In this document: one piece after another, positions 1-10,172 of the stretch
Layout of the letters: each line of letters begins with the position of its first letter
Numbering within the stretch: the first letter of the stretch is position 1
Origin: Aquifex aeolicus VF5
GTDB taxonomy: Bacteria; Aquificota; Aquificia; Aquificales; Aquificaceae
Direction: 5' to 3'
NCBI RefSeq assembly: GCF_000008625.1
Contig: NC_000918.1
Location: 1-32,000 of the forward strand
Length of the DNA stretch: 32,000 nucleotides
The notes under the pieces: generated by a model
What the model was told of the DNA's origin: nothing
Database searches by the model: none
Seen by the model: the letters and a program-made list of their open reading frames with translations, nothing else
Position numbers and translations under genes: made by a program

Positions 1-2100
1 ATGGCGAGAGAGGTGCCTATAGAGAAATTGAGAAACATAGGTATAGTTGCTCACATTGACGCGGGTAAAACTACGACTACCGAGAGAATTCTCTATTACA
101 CGGGTAAGACTTACAAGATAGGTGAAGTTCACGAAGGTGCTGCAACGATGGACTGGATGCCCCAGGAAAAGGAAAGAGGTATAACCATAACCGTTGCAAC
201 GACCGCATGTTATTGGACGAGAAACGGGGAGAGGTATCAAATAAACATAATTGACACACCCGGACACGTTGACTTCTCCGTTGAAGTTGTACGTTCCATG
301 AAAGTTCTCGACGGAATAGTTTTCATATTCTCCGCGGTTGAAGGTGTGCAACCTCAGTCCGAAGCAAACTGGAGATGGGCGGACAGGTTCCAAGTTCCGA
401 GGATAGCCTTCATAAACAAGATGGACCGTCTGGGTGCGGATTTTTACAGAGTGTTTAAGGAAATAGAAGAAAAGCTAACCATAAAGCCCGTTGCCATTCA
501 AATACCCCTGGGAGCGGAGGACCAGTTTGAAGGTGTTATAGATCTAATGGAAATGAAGGCAATAAGGTGGCTCGAAGAAACCCTCGGAGCTAAATACGAA
601 GTAGTAGACATTCCTCCAGAATACCAGGAAAAGGCTCAAGAATGGCGCGAAAAGATGATAGAAACCATCGTAGAAACCGACGACGAGTTAATGGAAAAGT
701 ACTTAGAAGGACAGGAAATATCTATAGATGAACTAAGAAAAGCTTTAAGAAAGGCAACAATAGAGAGAAAGCTCGTTCCCGTTCTTTGCGGTTCTGCATT
801 CAAGAACAAAGGTGTTCAACCCCTTCTTGACGCAGTTATAGATTACCTGCCTTCTCCTATAGACCTTCCTCCCGTTAAGGGGACAAATCCCAAGACCGGG
901 GAAGAAGAGGTCAGACACCCCTCTGACGACGAACCCTTCTGCGCTTACGCCTTTAAGGTTATGTCCGACCCGTATGCCGGACAACTTACCTACATCAGAG
1001 TGTTCTCAGGAACGCTAAAAGCGGGTTCTTACGTCTACAACGCAACCAAGGACGAAAAGCAAAGGGCTGGAAGACTTCTTCTCATGCACGCGAACTCCAG
1101 AGAGGAAATACAGCAGGTTTCCGCGGGTGAAATTTGTGCAGTTGTAGGACTAGACGCCGCAACGGGTGATACTCTCTGTGATGAAAAGCACCCCATAATC
1201 CTTGAAAAGCTTGAATTCCCTGACCCCGTTATATCTATGGCTATAGAGCCAAAGACCAAGAAGGACCAAGAAAAACTCTCACAAGTTCTCAACAAGTTCA
1301 TGAAAGAGGATCCAACCTTCAGGGCAACAACCGATCCCGAAACTGGTCAGATACTCATACACGGAATGGGTGAGCTCCACCTCGAAATAATGGTTGACAG
1401 AATGAAGAGGGAATACGGAATTGAAGTGAACGTCGGTAAACCGCAGGTTGCTTACAAGGAAACCATCAGGAAAAAGGCAATTGGTGAGGGTAAGTTCATC
1501 AAGCAAACTGGTGGTAGAGGGCAGTACGGTCACGCGATAATCGAAATCGAACCCCTCCCCAGAGGTGCGGGATTTGAATTCATAGACGACATTCACGGAG
1601 GAGTTATCCCCAAAGAATTCATACCCTCCGTTGAGAAGGGTGTAAAGGAAGCTATGCAAAACGGAATTCTCGCAGGATACCCCGTTGTTGACGTTAGAGT
1701 TAGACTCTTTGACGGTTCTTACCACGAAGTTGACTCTTCGGACATAGCATTCCAGGTTGCGGGTTCCTTGGCATTCAAAGATGCAGCCAAAAAGGCAGAT
1801 CCCGTTCTTCTGGAACCCATAATGGAAGTTGAAGTGGAAACTCCCGAAAAGTACGTGGGTGACGTTATAGGTGACCTTAACTCCAGAAGAGGAAAGATTA
1901 TGGGAATGGAAAACAAGGGAGTTATAACAGTCATAAAGGCTCACGTTCCCCTCGCAGAGATGTTCGGATACGCTACGACGCTCAGGAGCTTGACACAAGG
2001 TAGGGGAACCTTTATAATGAAATTTTCCCACTACGACGAAGTTCCGCAGCAAATTGCGGAAAAGATTATCGGCGAAAGAATGGCCGGTAAGAGCTCTTAA
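1..2100 (+). CDS. fusA: Translation elongation factor G
   Basis: 699 aa ORF; G1 motif [21 protein letters not shown]; full-length EF-G domain pattern. Confidence 0.98.
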   Translation: MAREVPIEKLRNIGIVAHIDAGKTTTTERILYYTGKTYKIGEVHEGAATMDWMPQEKERGITITVATTACYWTRNGERYQINIIDTPGHVDFSVEVVRSMKVLDGIVFIFSAVEGVQPQSEANWRWADRFQVPRIAFINKMDRLGADFYRVFKEIEEKLTIKPVAIQIPLGAEDQFEGVIDLMEMKAIRWLEETLGAKYEVVDIPPEYQEKAQEWREKMIETIVETDDELMEKYLEGQEISIDELRKALRKATIERKLVPVLCGSAFKNKGVQPLLDAVIDYLPSPIDLPPVKGTNPKTGEEEVRHPSDDEPFCAYAFKVMSDPYAGQLTYIRVFSGTLKAGSYVYNATKDEKQRAGRLLLMHANSREEIQQVSAGEICAVVGLDAATGDTLCDEKHPIILEKLEFPDPVISMAIEPKTKKDQEKLSQVLNKFMKEDPTFRATTDPETGQILIHGMGELHLEIMVDRMKREYGIEVNVGKPQVAYKETIRKKAIGEGKFIKQTGGRGQYGHAIIEIEPLPRGAGFEFIDDIHGGVIPKEFIPSVEKGVKEAMQNGILAGYPVVDVRVRLFDGSYHEVDSSDIAFQVAGSLAFKDAAKKADPVLLEPIMEVEVETPEKYVGDVIGDLNSRRGKIMGMENKGVITVIKAHVPLAEMFGYATTLRSLTQGRGTFIMKFSHYDEVPQQIAEKIIGERMAGKSS

Positions 2101-2116
2101 TTAGGAGGTAATAGAT

Positions 2117-3334
2117 ATGGCAAAGGAGAAATTTGAAAGGACAAAAGAACACGTAAACGTGGGAACAATAGGACACGTTGACCACGGCAAAAGCACTCTC
2201 ACTTCCGCTATAACATGCGTTCTCGCTGCAGGCCTCGTTGAAGGCGGTAAAGCTAAGTGCTTCAAATACGAAGAAATCGACAAGGCTCCAGAAGAAAAAG
2301 AAAGAGGAATCACGATAAACATCACCCACGTTGAGTACGAAACCGCCAAACGCCACTACGCTCACGTTGACTGCCCCGGTCACGCTGACTACATCAAGAA
2401 TATGATCACCGGCGCAGCTCAAATGGACGGTGCAATACTCGTTGTTTCCGCAGCAGACGGCCCCATGCCCCAAACAAGAGAACACGTGCTTCTCGCAAGA
2501 CAGGTTAACGTTCCTTACATAGTCGTTTTCATGAACAAGTGTGATATGGTTGACGACGAAGAACTTTTAGAACTCGTTGAGCTCGAAGTTAGAGAACTTC
2601 TCTCCAAGTACGAGTATCCCGGAGACGAAGTTCCCGTTATCAGAGGATCGGCACTTGGAGCACTTCAAGAACTCGAACAAAACTCTCCCGGCAAGTGGGT
2701 TGAGTCCATAAAAGAGCTTCTCAACGCGATGGACGAGTACATACCGACACCACAAAGGGAAGTGGACAAGCCCTTCCTTATGCCAATAGAAGACGTGTTT
2801 AGCATATCCGGAAGAGGAACGGTTGTAACCGGAAGAGTAGAGAGAGGAGTTCTGAGGCCCGGAGACGAAGTAGAGATAGTAGGACTCAGGGAAGAGCCCC
2901 TCAAGACAGTTGCAACGTCTATAGAGATGTTCAGGAAGGTGCTTGACGAGGCACTGCCCGGAGACAACATAGGAGTGCTGCTGAGGGGAGTAGGAAAGGA
3001 CGACGTAGAAAGGGGACAGGTATTGGCGCAACCTGGGAGTGTAAAGGCTCACAAGAGGTTCAGGGCACAGGTATATGTACTTAGCAAGGAGGAAGGAGGA
3101 AGACACACTCCGTTCTTTGTGAACTACAGACCGCAGTTTTACTTCAGGACGGCTGACGTGACGGGAACTGTAGTGAAGCTTCCAGAAGGAGTGGAAATGG
3201 TAATGCCCGGGGACAACGTAGAGCTTGAAGTAGAGCTCATAGCACCCGTGGCGTTGGAAGAAGGGCTCAGGTTTGCGATAAGGGAAGGTGGTAGAACAGT
3301 AGGTGCAGGTGTCGTTACTAAAATACTGGATTGA
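2117..3334 (+). CDS. tuf: Translation elongation factor Tu
   Basis: 405 aa; [21 protein letters not shown] motifs; SD-like aggaggt before the start; follows fusA. Confidence 0.98.
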   Translation: MAKEKFERTKEHVNVGTIGHVDHGKSTLTSAITCVLAAGLVEGGKAKCFKYEEIDKAPEEKERGITINITHVEYETAKRHYAHVDCPGHADYIKNMITGAAQMDGAILVVSAADGPMPQTREHVLLARQVNVPYIVVFMNKCDMVDDEELLELVELEVRELLSKYEYPGDEVPVIRGSALGALQELEQNSPGKWVESIKELLNAMDEYIPTPQREVDKPFLMPIEDVFSISGRGTVVTGRVERGVLRPGDEVEIVGLREEPLKTVATSIEMFRKVLDEALPGDNIGVLLRGVGKDDVERGQVLAQPGSVKAHKRFRAQVYVLSKEEGGRHTPFFVNYRPQFYFRTADVTGTVVKLPEGVEMVMPGDNVELEVELIAPVALEEGLRFAIREGGRTVGAGVVTKILD

Positions 3335-3345
3335 GGGGATAAATC

Positions 3346-3660
3346 ATGGAACAGGAAAAAATAAGGATAAAACTAAGAGCATACGACCACAGGTTGCTGG
3401 ATCAATCGGTTAAACAGATCATAGAAACCGTAAAGAGAACGGGCGGGGTTGTGAAGGGACCGATTCCCCTTCCCACGCGTAAGCGTAAGTGGTGCGTTCT
3501 CCGTTCTCCCCACAAATTTGACCAGTCAAGAGAACACTTCGAGATAAGAGAGTTTTCAAGGATTCTGGACATTATAAGGTTCACTCCCCAAACAATAGAA
3601 GCACTCATGGAAATCAGCCTTCCCGCGGGTGTTGACGTAGAAGTGAAGATGAGAGGTTAG
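3346..3660 (+). CDS. rpsJ: 30S ribosomal protein S10
   Basis: 104 aa, [16 protein letters not shown]... S10 signature. Confidence 0.97.
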   Translation: MEQEKIRIKLRAYDHRLLDQSVKQIIETVKRTGGVVKGPIPLPTRKRKWCVLRSPHKFDQSREHFEIREFSRILDIIRFTPQTIEALMEISLPAGVDVEVKMRG

Positions 3661-3664
3661 TGAG

Positions 3665-4390
3665 ATGCCGCTGGGATTAATCGGTGAAAAGGTTGGAATG
3701 ACAAGGGTCCTTCTCAAGGACGGAACAGCCATACCCGTTACCGTTATAAAGTTCCCTGTAAACTACGTGGTTCAAGTGAAGTCTCAAAATACAAAAGACG
3801 GGTATAACGCCCTGCAGATAGGCGCTTATGAAGCTAAGGAAAAGCACTTAACAAAGCCCCTGATTGGACACTTCAAGAAACACGGAGTTCCCCTTCTCAG
3901 GAGGCTGTGGGAATTCAGGGTGGATAACCCCGAAGAGTTCCAGTCAGGTCAACAGCTCAAAGTGGAAGACGTTTTCAAACCCGGGGACCTTGTGGACGTC
4001 TGGGGAATTTCTAAAGGTAGGGGCTTTGCAGGTGCTATGAAGAGATGGGACTTTGCGGGATTTCCCAAGTCCCACGGTCACAGGTATCACAGGGCAGTAG
4101 GTGCAATAGGACAGAGAACTGACCCAGGTAGGGTATGGAAAGGCAAAAGGATGCCCGGTCACTACGGTGCAAAACCTGTGAGAGTTCAGGGACTTTTTGT
4201 GGTTGACGTACTTCCGGAAGAAAACGCCATACTCGTGAAAGGTTCCGTCCCCGGACACAACAAGGGTATCGTTGTAGTTGAGCAGTCCACTATAGCTTAC
4301 AGAAAGAGCCAGAAGTTAAAGCAAAAGAGGTACCAGTTCATAATTGAAAACCTTGCAAAAGAAGAAAGCCAAGAGGTGGCTGAATCATGA
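3665..4390 (+). CDS. rplC: 50S ribosomal protein L3
   Basis: 241 aa; [23 protein letters not shown]; C-terminal lysine/glutamate-rich tail. Confidence 0.96.
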   Translation: MPLGLIGEKVGMTRVLLKDGTAIPVTVIKFPVNYVVQVKSQNTKDGYNALQIGAYEAKEKHLTKPLIGHFKKHGVPLLRRLWEFRVDNPEEFQSGQQLKVEDVFKPGDLVDVWGISKGRGFAGAMKRWDFAGFPKSHGHRYHRAVGAIGQRTDPGRVWKGKRMPGHYGAKPVRVQGLFVVDVLPEENAILVKGSVPGHNKGIVVVEQSTIAYRKSQKLKQKRYQFIIENLAKEESQEVAES

Positions 4391-4986
4391 AGATAGGAGA
4401 TGTTGAAGTAAGGGATGATGTTTTTAACGTCAAGGTAAAGAAACACGTTCTCTGGGAAGTAGTAAAGTGGCAACTTGCAAAAAGGAGGCAAGGGACACAC
4501 TCCACAAAGACGAGAGGTGAAGTAGCTTATTCAGGAAGGAAGATACTCCCCCAAAAGGGAACAGGTAACGCAAGACACGGGGAAAGAGGTGTTAACATCT
4601 TCGTCGGCGGTGGTGTAGCGCACGGTCCAAAGCCGAGAGACTACGAATACCCTCTCCCTAAAAGGGTGAGGAAACTCGGACTTAAGATGGCTTTATCTGA
4701 CAAGGCAAGAAATAACGCAATTATTTTCGTTGATAACATAGACCTCGGGAAAAAACCAAAAACCAAAAAAGCTATTGAATTTTTAAAGAACTTGGGTGTA
4801 GAAAAGGAAAAGGTTTTAGTTGTAATTCCCGAAAAGGCGGATGTCCTTTACAAGTCCTTCAGAAATCTCCCCAACGTGAGAGTTCTCCTTCCAGAAGGTT
4901 TAAACGTTTACGACGTTCTCTGGGCGAATAAACTCGTCATTCAAAAGGACTGTCTTGACAGGATATACAAGAAGGTGGAGGCGTAA
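4387..4986 (+). CDS. rplD: 50S ribosomal protein L4
   Basis: 199 aa; [35 protein letters not shown]4 core; 4-nt overlap with rplC. Confidence 0.96.
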   Translation: MKIGDVEVRDDVFNVKVKKHVLWEVVKWQLAKRRQGTHSTKTRGEVAYSGRKILPQKGTGNARHGERGVNIFVGGGVAHGPKPRDYEYPLPKRVRKLGLKMALSDKARNNAIIFVDNIDLGKKPKTKKAIEFLKNLGVEKEKVLVVIPEKADVLYKSFRNLPNVRVLLPEGLNVYDVLWANKLVIQKDCLDRIYKKVEA

Positions 4987-4989
4987 GCC

Positions 4990-5301
4990 ATGAGCCAGAG
5001 AAAGCCCTGGGAAATAATCATAAGGCCTATAATCACCGAAAAGAGCAACAGACTCATGGAGGATTACAACAAGTACACCTTTGAGGTTGCCCTTGACGCT
5101 TCCAAACCTGAGATAAAGTACGCGGTTGAGAAACTCTTCAACGTAAAGGTAAAGAAGGTAAACACGATGATAGTAAAACCAAAGAAGAAGAGGGTGTGGA
5201 ACAAGTTCAGACAGTACGGAACTACGAAGAAGTGGAAAAAGGCTATAGTTACCCTAGAGAAGGGGCATAAAATAGATATCCTTGAGTTTGCTCAAAAGTG
5301 A
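4990..5301 (+). CDS. rplW: 50S ribosomal protein L23
   Basis: 103 aa; [15 protein letters not shown]...NKYTFEVA. Confidence 0.96.
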   Translation: MSQRKPWEIIIRPIITEKSNRLMEDYNKYTFEVALDASKPEIKYAVEKLFNVKVKKVNTMIVKPKKKRVWNKFRQYGTTKKWKKAIVTLEKGHKIDILEFAQK

Positions 5302-5312
5302 GGTAAGTAGTT

Positions 5313-6227
5313 ATGGGTGTTAGAAAGTTAAAACCTGTAACAAACGGGACGAGGCACGCAGTTCTTTACGACTTTGAAGAAATAGAAAAATTAGTAAGAA
5401 AAGGAAAAGAATGGGTTCTACTAAAGAAAAACCAAGTAGAACCTGAAAAATCCCTCCTCAAGTGGTGGCACAGGGCAAAAGGACGCTCTAGACAGAGGGG
5501 GAACATCACCGCAAGACACAGGGGAGGAGGACACAAGAAACTTTACAGAATTATAGACTTCAAGAGGGACAAGAGCTTAGTTCCCGCGAAGGTAGTTTCA
5601 ATAGAATATGACCCCTTCAGGAGTGCCAGGATTTGTCTCCTTCACTACGCTGACGGTGAGAAGAGGTACATAATCTGGCCAGAAGGGTTGAAGGTGGGAG
5701 ACACCGTAATGTCCATAAGCTGGGAAGACGCGGAAGCCGGAAAGCCCCTTCCCGAGATAAAACCCGGAAACGCAATGCCCCTCAAGTACATACCCGAAGG
5801 TACCATAGTCCATAACATAGAGTTCATTCCTGGAAAGGGAGGACAGATAGCAAGGGCTGCCGGAACATGGGCTCAGGTTCTCGGGCGTTCCACGAGGAAG
5901 GGATACGTCCTCGTCAGAATGCCTTCTGGTGAAGTTCGTATGATACACGAGAGGTGTATGGCTACGGTCGGAAGAGTTGGACTTGCGGAACACGAACTCG
6001 TTAAACTTGGAAAGGCGGGAAGAGCAAGGTGGCTCGGATGGAGACCTCACACGAGGGGAACCGCTATGAACCCAGTTGACCACCCGCACGGTGGTGGTGA
6101 AGGAAGAACGAGAGGTAAACACCCCGAATCCCCTTGGGGATGGAAGACCAAAGGATACAAGACTAGAAGAGGTAAGAAGTACTCCGATCAATTTATCGTA
6201 ACGAGAAGGGACGGAAGACCCTTATAA
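5313..6227 (+). CDS. rplB: 50S ribosomal protein L2
   Basis: 304 aa; [39 protein letters not shown]. Confidence 0.97.
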   Translation: MGVRKLKPVTNGTRHAVLYDFEEIEKLVRKGKEWVLLKKNQVEPEKSLLKWWHRAKGRSRQRGNITARHRGGGHKKLYRIIDFKRDKSLVPAKVVSIEYDPFRSARICLLHYADGEKRYIIWPEGLKVGDTVMSISWEDAEAGKPLPEIKPGNAMPLKYIPEGTIVHNIEFIPGKGGQIARAAGTWAQVLGRSTRKGYVLVRMPSGEVRMIHERCMATVGRVGLAEHELVKLGKAGRARWLGWRPHTRGTAMNPVDHPHGGGEGRTRGKHPESPWGWKTKGYKTRRGKKYSDQFIVTRRDGRPL

Positions 6228-6240
6228 AGGAGGAGAGTAA

Positions 6241-6900
6241 ATGGGATTTAAAGGAGCTTGGAACAAGAGAAACAGACTCATCGAGAACCCTGAGGAGTAT
6301 TACAGACTCTACAAAAAACTCCAGAGGGCTTACAAGCTCGTGAGAGAAGCCATAAAGAGGTACGGTTCCTTTGAACTCCTGAAAGGAAAGAACACACTTC
6401 CCGAACTTGAGGCACTTCTTGAGGAGAGGAAACTCGTCCTTGAAAATCTCAAAAAGCAATTGAAAGAAGCCCACAAAGGAAAGCCCAAGATAGAGGCGGA
6501 AGGAGATGAAAAACTAAAAGAACTTATCAGAGAAGTCAATAAAGCTCAAGCTGAAGTAAGGGCTCTCGAGATAATAGTGAACAGGGTAAGGAAGTATGAA
6601 GAACTCTACGCCCAGTACAAACAGATGACGGAAAAGAAGGCGTACGTAGATCCCAAACTCTGGGTCAGAATAAGGAAGATGAACGAAACGGGAGAGAGAA
6701 AGGTTGTGAGAACCTACTCCAGAGCTACGACGATAATACCCGAGTTCGTAGGACACACAATAGCGGTTCACAACGGGAAAACTTTTGTTCCCGTTTACAT
6801 CACACAAGACATGGTGGGACATAAACTCGGAGAGTTCGCTCCCACGAGAACCTTCAAGGGTCACCCCGAAAAGACCGCAAAGGTAGTTAAGAAGAAGTGA
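6241..6900 (+). CDS. rpsS: 30S ribosomal protein S19 with a long N-terminal extension
   Basis: 219 aa; residues ~131-219 match S19 ([67 protein letters not shown]); first ~130 aa are extra. Confidence 0.95.
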   Translation: MGFKGAWNKRNRLIENPEEYYRLYKKLQRAYKLVREAIKRYGSFELLKGKNTLPELEALLEERKLVLENLKKQLKEAHKGKPKIEAEGDEKLKELIREVNKAQAEVRALEIIVNRVRKYEELYAQYKQMTEKKAYVDPKLWVRIRKMNETGERKVVRTYSRATTIIPEFVGHTIAVHNGKTFVPVYITQDMVGHKLGEFAPTRTFKGHPEKTAKVVKKK

Positions 6901-6910
6901 GGTGTGAAAG

Positions 6911-7314
6911 ATGGGACAGTTAAGGATTAAGGACAAATCTCAGAGGGACGGATATAAACCTAATCAATCAATAGCCATACTCAGGTACGCCCACATATTC
7001 TCCCCTAAAGGCAAGACTTGTTCTCAGGGAAATTCAGGGAAAAGACGTGGGAGACGCCCTTTACCTGCTTCGCGGTTATTCCCAAAAAAGCGGCAAGGAT
7101 AGCGGAAAAGGTTTTAAAGAGTGTTATAGCAAACGCAGAGCAAAAGGGCCTTGACCTTGACAGACTCTACATTAAAAAGGCTGTGGCGGACGACGGCCCT
7201 ATACTGAAGAAGTGGATTCCCAGGGCTCACGGAAGGGCTACTATGGTGAGGAAGAGGCTTTCCCATATTACAATAGTTTTAGAGGAAAAACCTGAAGGCA
7301 AGGAGGAAGAATAA
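6911..7314 (+). CDS. rplV: 50S ribosomal protein L22, reading frame broken by two apparent +1 insertions
   Basis: Three frames together give ...ILRYAHI / [25 protein letters not shown] / [55 protein letters not shown]...[11 protein letters not shown]. Syntenic position between rpsS and rpsC. Confidence 0.9.
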
Positions 7315-7316
7315 GG

Positions 7317-8013
7317 ATGGGTCAGAAAACGCACCCGATAGGCTTTAGACTCGGAGTAATAAAGGAATGGCCTTCCAAGTGGTACGCTCCGAAAAAGGAA
7401 TACTCTAAACTCCTTCACGAGGACCTCAAGATAAAGAACTACATAAAGGAGAGGTACAAAGTTGCCGGAGTTTCAAAGGTAGAAATAGAGAGAATCGTTG
7501 ATAAGGTAAGGGTCAAGATCCACACCGCGAGACCTGCGATAGTTATCGGAAGAAGGGGGCAGGAAGTAGAGAACTTAAAGAAAACCTTGGAAAAGATGCT
7601 TCCCGGAAAGGAGATAACCATTTCCGTGGTTGAAGTCAGAGTTCCCGAACTGGACGCCCAGCTCGTGGCTCAGGACATAGCAACCCAGATAGAGAGAAGG
7701 GTATCCCACAGAAGGGCAATGAAGAGGGCGATAGACAACGCTCTTAAGGCTGGAGCTAAAGGAGTAAAGGTACAGGTCAAGGGAAGGATAGGAGGAGCGG
7801 AACTCGCGAGAAAAGAGTGGTTCCTCGTAGGAAGAATGCCCCTTCAAACTCTAAGGGCTGACATAGATTACGGATTTGCAACCGCTTACACCAAGTATGG
7901 TATCCTCAGCGTTAAGGTCTGGATTTACAAGGGTGATGTTCTGAACGGGCGGTAAAGAAGAAATCCTCAAGAAAATTGAAGAAGAAATTATGCAGGCTGC
8001 AAAGGAGGGCTAA
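7317..8013 (+). CDS. rpsC: 30S ribosomal protein S3, apparent frameshift near the 3' end (uninterrupted ORF ends at 7955)
   Basis: [14 protein letters not shown]..., KH domain; after the ORF stop the alternative frame continues [21 protein letters not shown] to 8013, 3 nt before rplP. Confidence 0.93.
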
Positions 8014-8016
8014 GAG

Positions 8017-8445
8017 ATGTATCTCCAGCCGAAAAAGGTAAGATGGAGAAAGCAAAGGAGAGGAACACTTAAAGGAAAGGCTTTCAGGGGAAATAAACTG
8101 GCCTTTGGCGAGTACGGGATACAGGCCCTCGACAGGGCGTGGATTACCCAGCAACAAATAGAAGCCGTGAGAGTGGCACTCGTGAGGAGTCTCAAAAAAG
8201 GTGCAAAGGTCTGGATAAGGATATTCCCTGACAAACCCTACACCAAAAAGCCCAACGAAGTGAGAATGGGTGGTGGAAAAGGTGACCCTGAAGGCTTTGT
8301 AGCGGTGGTAAAGCCCGGTAGGATACTCTTTGAATTTACGGGGGTTCCAGAGGAAGTTGCTCAGGAAGCCTTCACGATAGCGGCCTCAAAGCTCCCCATA
8401 CCAGTCAGACTCGTTAAGTACGGCGAGTTCACCTTCAAGTACTGA
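8017..8445 (+). CDS. rplP: 50S ribosomal protein L16
   Basis: 142 aa; [22 protein letters not shown]..., [22 protein letters not shown]. Confidence 0.97.
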   Translation: MYLQPKKVRWRKQRRGTLKGKAFRGNKLAFGEYGIQALDRAWITQQQIEAVRVALVRSLKKGAKVWIRIFPDKPYTKKPNEVRMGGGKGDPEGFVAVVKPGRILFEFTGVPEEVAQEAFTIAASKLPIPVRLVKYGEFTFKY

Positions 8446-8456
8446 GGTGGTGAAAG

Positions 8457-8678
8457 ATGTGGGAAAGAGAGAGAAAGAAGTTCTTAGAAGATATTAGAAA
8501 AAAGAGCTTACAGGAACTTGAAAAGCTATTGGACGAACTTAAACTTGAATTGACAAGACTCAGGTTTAAAAAACAAGTTCAGGGTCTTGAGAACCCCATG
8601 GAAATGAGGAAGGTAAAGAGGAACATAGCTAGAGTTTTGACGGTTATAAGGGAAAAACAGTTGAGAGGTGAAGGGTAA
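8457..8678 (+). CDS. rpmC: 50S ribosomal protein L29
   Basis: 73 aa; [25 protein letters not shown]...[21 protein letters not shown]. Confidence 0.93.
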   Translation: MWERERKKFLEDIRKKSLQELEKLLDELKLELTRLRFKKQVQGLENPMEMRKVKRNIARVLTVIREKQLRGEG

Positions 8679-9001
8679 TGACTGAGCAAAAACAGCAGAA
8701 GAAGTGGCACGAGAAGAGAAAACACCTCGTTGGAGTTGTAGTTAGCGATAAGATGGATAAAACGGTCGTTGTTAAAGTTGACAGAAAAGTTCCCCACCCC
8801 ATATACGGCAAGCACATCATAAAGAGCAAGAAGTACCACGCCCACGACGAACACAACGAGTGCAGGGTGGGAGATATAGTCATGATAAGAGAAACAAGGC
8901 CCCTCTCCAAAACAAAGAGGTGGGTTGTAGTAAAGATACTCCAGAGGGCCAGAAGACCTGAGGAAGAAATACAAAAACAACAGGAAGGACAAGAACAGTA
9001 A
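8678..9001 (+). CDS. rpsQ: 30S ribosomal protein S17
   Basis: 107 aa; [20 protein letters not shown]...[27 protein letters not shown]. Confidence 0.96.
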   Translation: MTEQKQQKKWHEKRKHLVGVVVSDKMDKTVVVKVDRKVPHPIYGKHIIKSKKYHAHDEHNECRVGDIVMIRETRPLSKTKRWVVVKILQRARRPEEEIQKQQEGQEQ

Positions 9002-9660
9002 TGCTCATCGCCGTTCCCCTTGATGATACAAACTTTTCCGAAAACTTAAAAAAGGCTAAGGAAAAGGGTGCGGATATTGTAGAACTCCGTGTGGACCAGT
9101 TCTCAGACACTTCCTTAAATTACGTAAAGGAAAAACTGGAAGAAGTACATTCGCAAGGTTTGAAAACGATACTGACTATACGCTCTCCCGAGGAGGGAGG
9201 AAGGGAAGTTAAAAACAGGGAAGAGCTCTTTGAAGAACTTTCTCCCCTCAGCGATTACACGGATATAGAACTCTCTTCCAGAGGGCTTTTGGTAAAACTT
9301 TACAATATAACGAAAGAAGCGGGAAAAAAGTTGATAATCTCCTACCACAACTTTGAGCTCACACCCCCTAACTGGATAATAAGGGAAGTTTTAAGGGAGG
9401 GATACAGGTACGGAGGAATACCGAAGATAGCGGTAAAGGCAAACTCCTACGAAGATGTTGCAAGGCTTTTATGTATTTCCAGACAGGTTGAGGGAGAAAA
9501 GATATTAATTTCCATGGGTGATTACGGAAAGATTTCAAGGCTCGCGGGATACGTTTTTGGGTCCGTAATAACCTACTGCTCCTTAGAAAAGGCTTTCGCT
9601 CCTGGTCAAATTCCTTTAGAAGAGATGGTTGAGCTCAGAAAGAAGTTCTACAGGCTTTAA
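9001..9660 (+). CDS. aroD: 3-dehydroquinate dehydratase, type I
   Basis: 219 aa; VELRVDQF, TIRSPEEGG, ISYHNFE, PKIAVKA motifs; 1-nt overlap with rpsQ. Confidence 0.92.
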   Translation: MLIAVPLDDTNFSENLKKAKEKGADIVELRVDQFSDTSLNYVKEKLEEVHSQGLKTILTIRSPEEGGREVKNREELFEELSPLSDYTDIELSSRGLLVKLYNITKEAGKKLIISYHNFELTPPNWIIREVLREGYRYGGIPKIAVKANSYEDVARLLCISRQVEGEKILISMGDYGKISRLAGYVFGSVITYCSLEKAFAPGQIPLEEMVELRKKFYRL

Positions 9661-10172
9661 ATTAAACTCCTCTGAAGTAATTCTCCTAACTCCGGAAATC
9701 TTTCAATAAAGAAGAAGTAGAACATATTTGCGGAAAAGTGGGCAAAGGCTGGAGCGATTACGGAGTCCGTTTTTCTGTAGAGCCAGCCGAAAAACAGGGA
9801 AGGGAAGAAGGTAAGAAGTGCGTTTAAGTTTGCCCAATATGCAAGATGTGCACTGGTGGACATCAGAGAAACAGTAAAGTTTGAAAACTTCTGCATCAGA
9901 AATCCCCTGAAAAAGATTTCTTCTGCCAAGGCAATACCGAGCTGGTTTAAAACCAAGGCGTAGCACTGGGCACTTAGAAGGTAGGGAACGCTAAAGGGTA
10001 AAAATAGACTCCCGTAAGTTAGTCCTTTTTTGAAGTTTTTAAAGCCCAGAGATTTTTCGTCCTGAAAGAGGAGCGGAGAAAGCAGTATAAGCTGAGGAAT
10101 TATACTCAAGTTGTAAAACCTCTGAAGATAAAGGGAAATAACGAGCAGAGCGTACAAACCGAGGTGTATCAA
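9657..10172 (-). CDS. CPBP-family (CAAX protease/bacteriocin-processing-like) intramembrane metalloprotease homolog
   Basis: 171 aa hydrophobic protein with EEIFFRGFL motif and distal H residues (SAHLAYWANLN, PAFAHFSANM). Confidence 0.8.
   Translation of the reverse strand: MIHLGLYALLVISLYLQRFYNLSIIPQLILLSPLLFQDEKSLGFKNFKKGLTYGSLFLPFSVPYLLSAQCYALVLNQLGIALAEEIFFRGFLMQKFSNFTVSLMSTSAHLAYWANLNALLTFFPSLFFGWLYRKTDSVIAPAFAHFSANMFYFFFIERFPELGELLQRSLI

Noticed and set aside
1279-2052. 257 aa minus-strand ORF opposite fusA, plus similar antisense ORFs at 2066-2485 and 2567-3106.
   Set aside because: They lie fully antisense to strongly conserved coding genes, encode low-complexity Ser/Val/Phe/Tyr-rich sequences typical of mirrored codon bias, and match no recognisable family.
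6911-7102. 63 aa ORF and the overlapping 98 aa ORF 7018-7314 as separate genes.
   Set aside because: Both are fragments of one L22 coding region once two single-base insertions are removed.
9657-10172. CPBP protein as part of a bacteriocin or defence system.
   Set aside because: The EExxxR-like motif supports the family, but neighbours are aroD and argD with no precursor peptide or immunity genes nearby.
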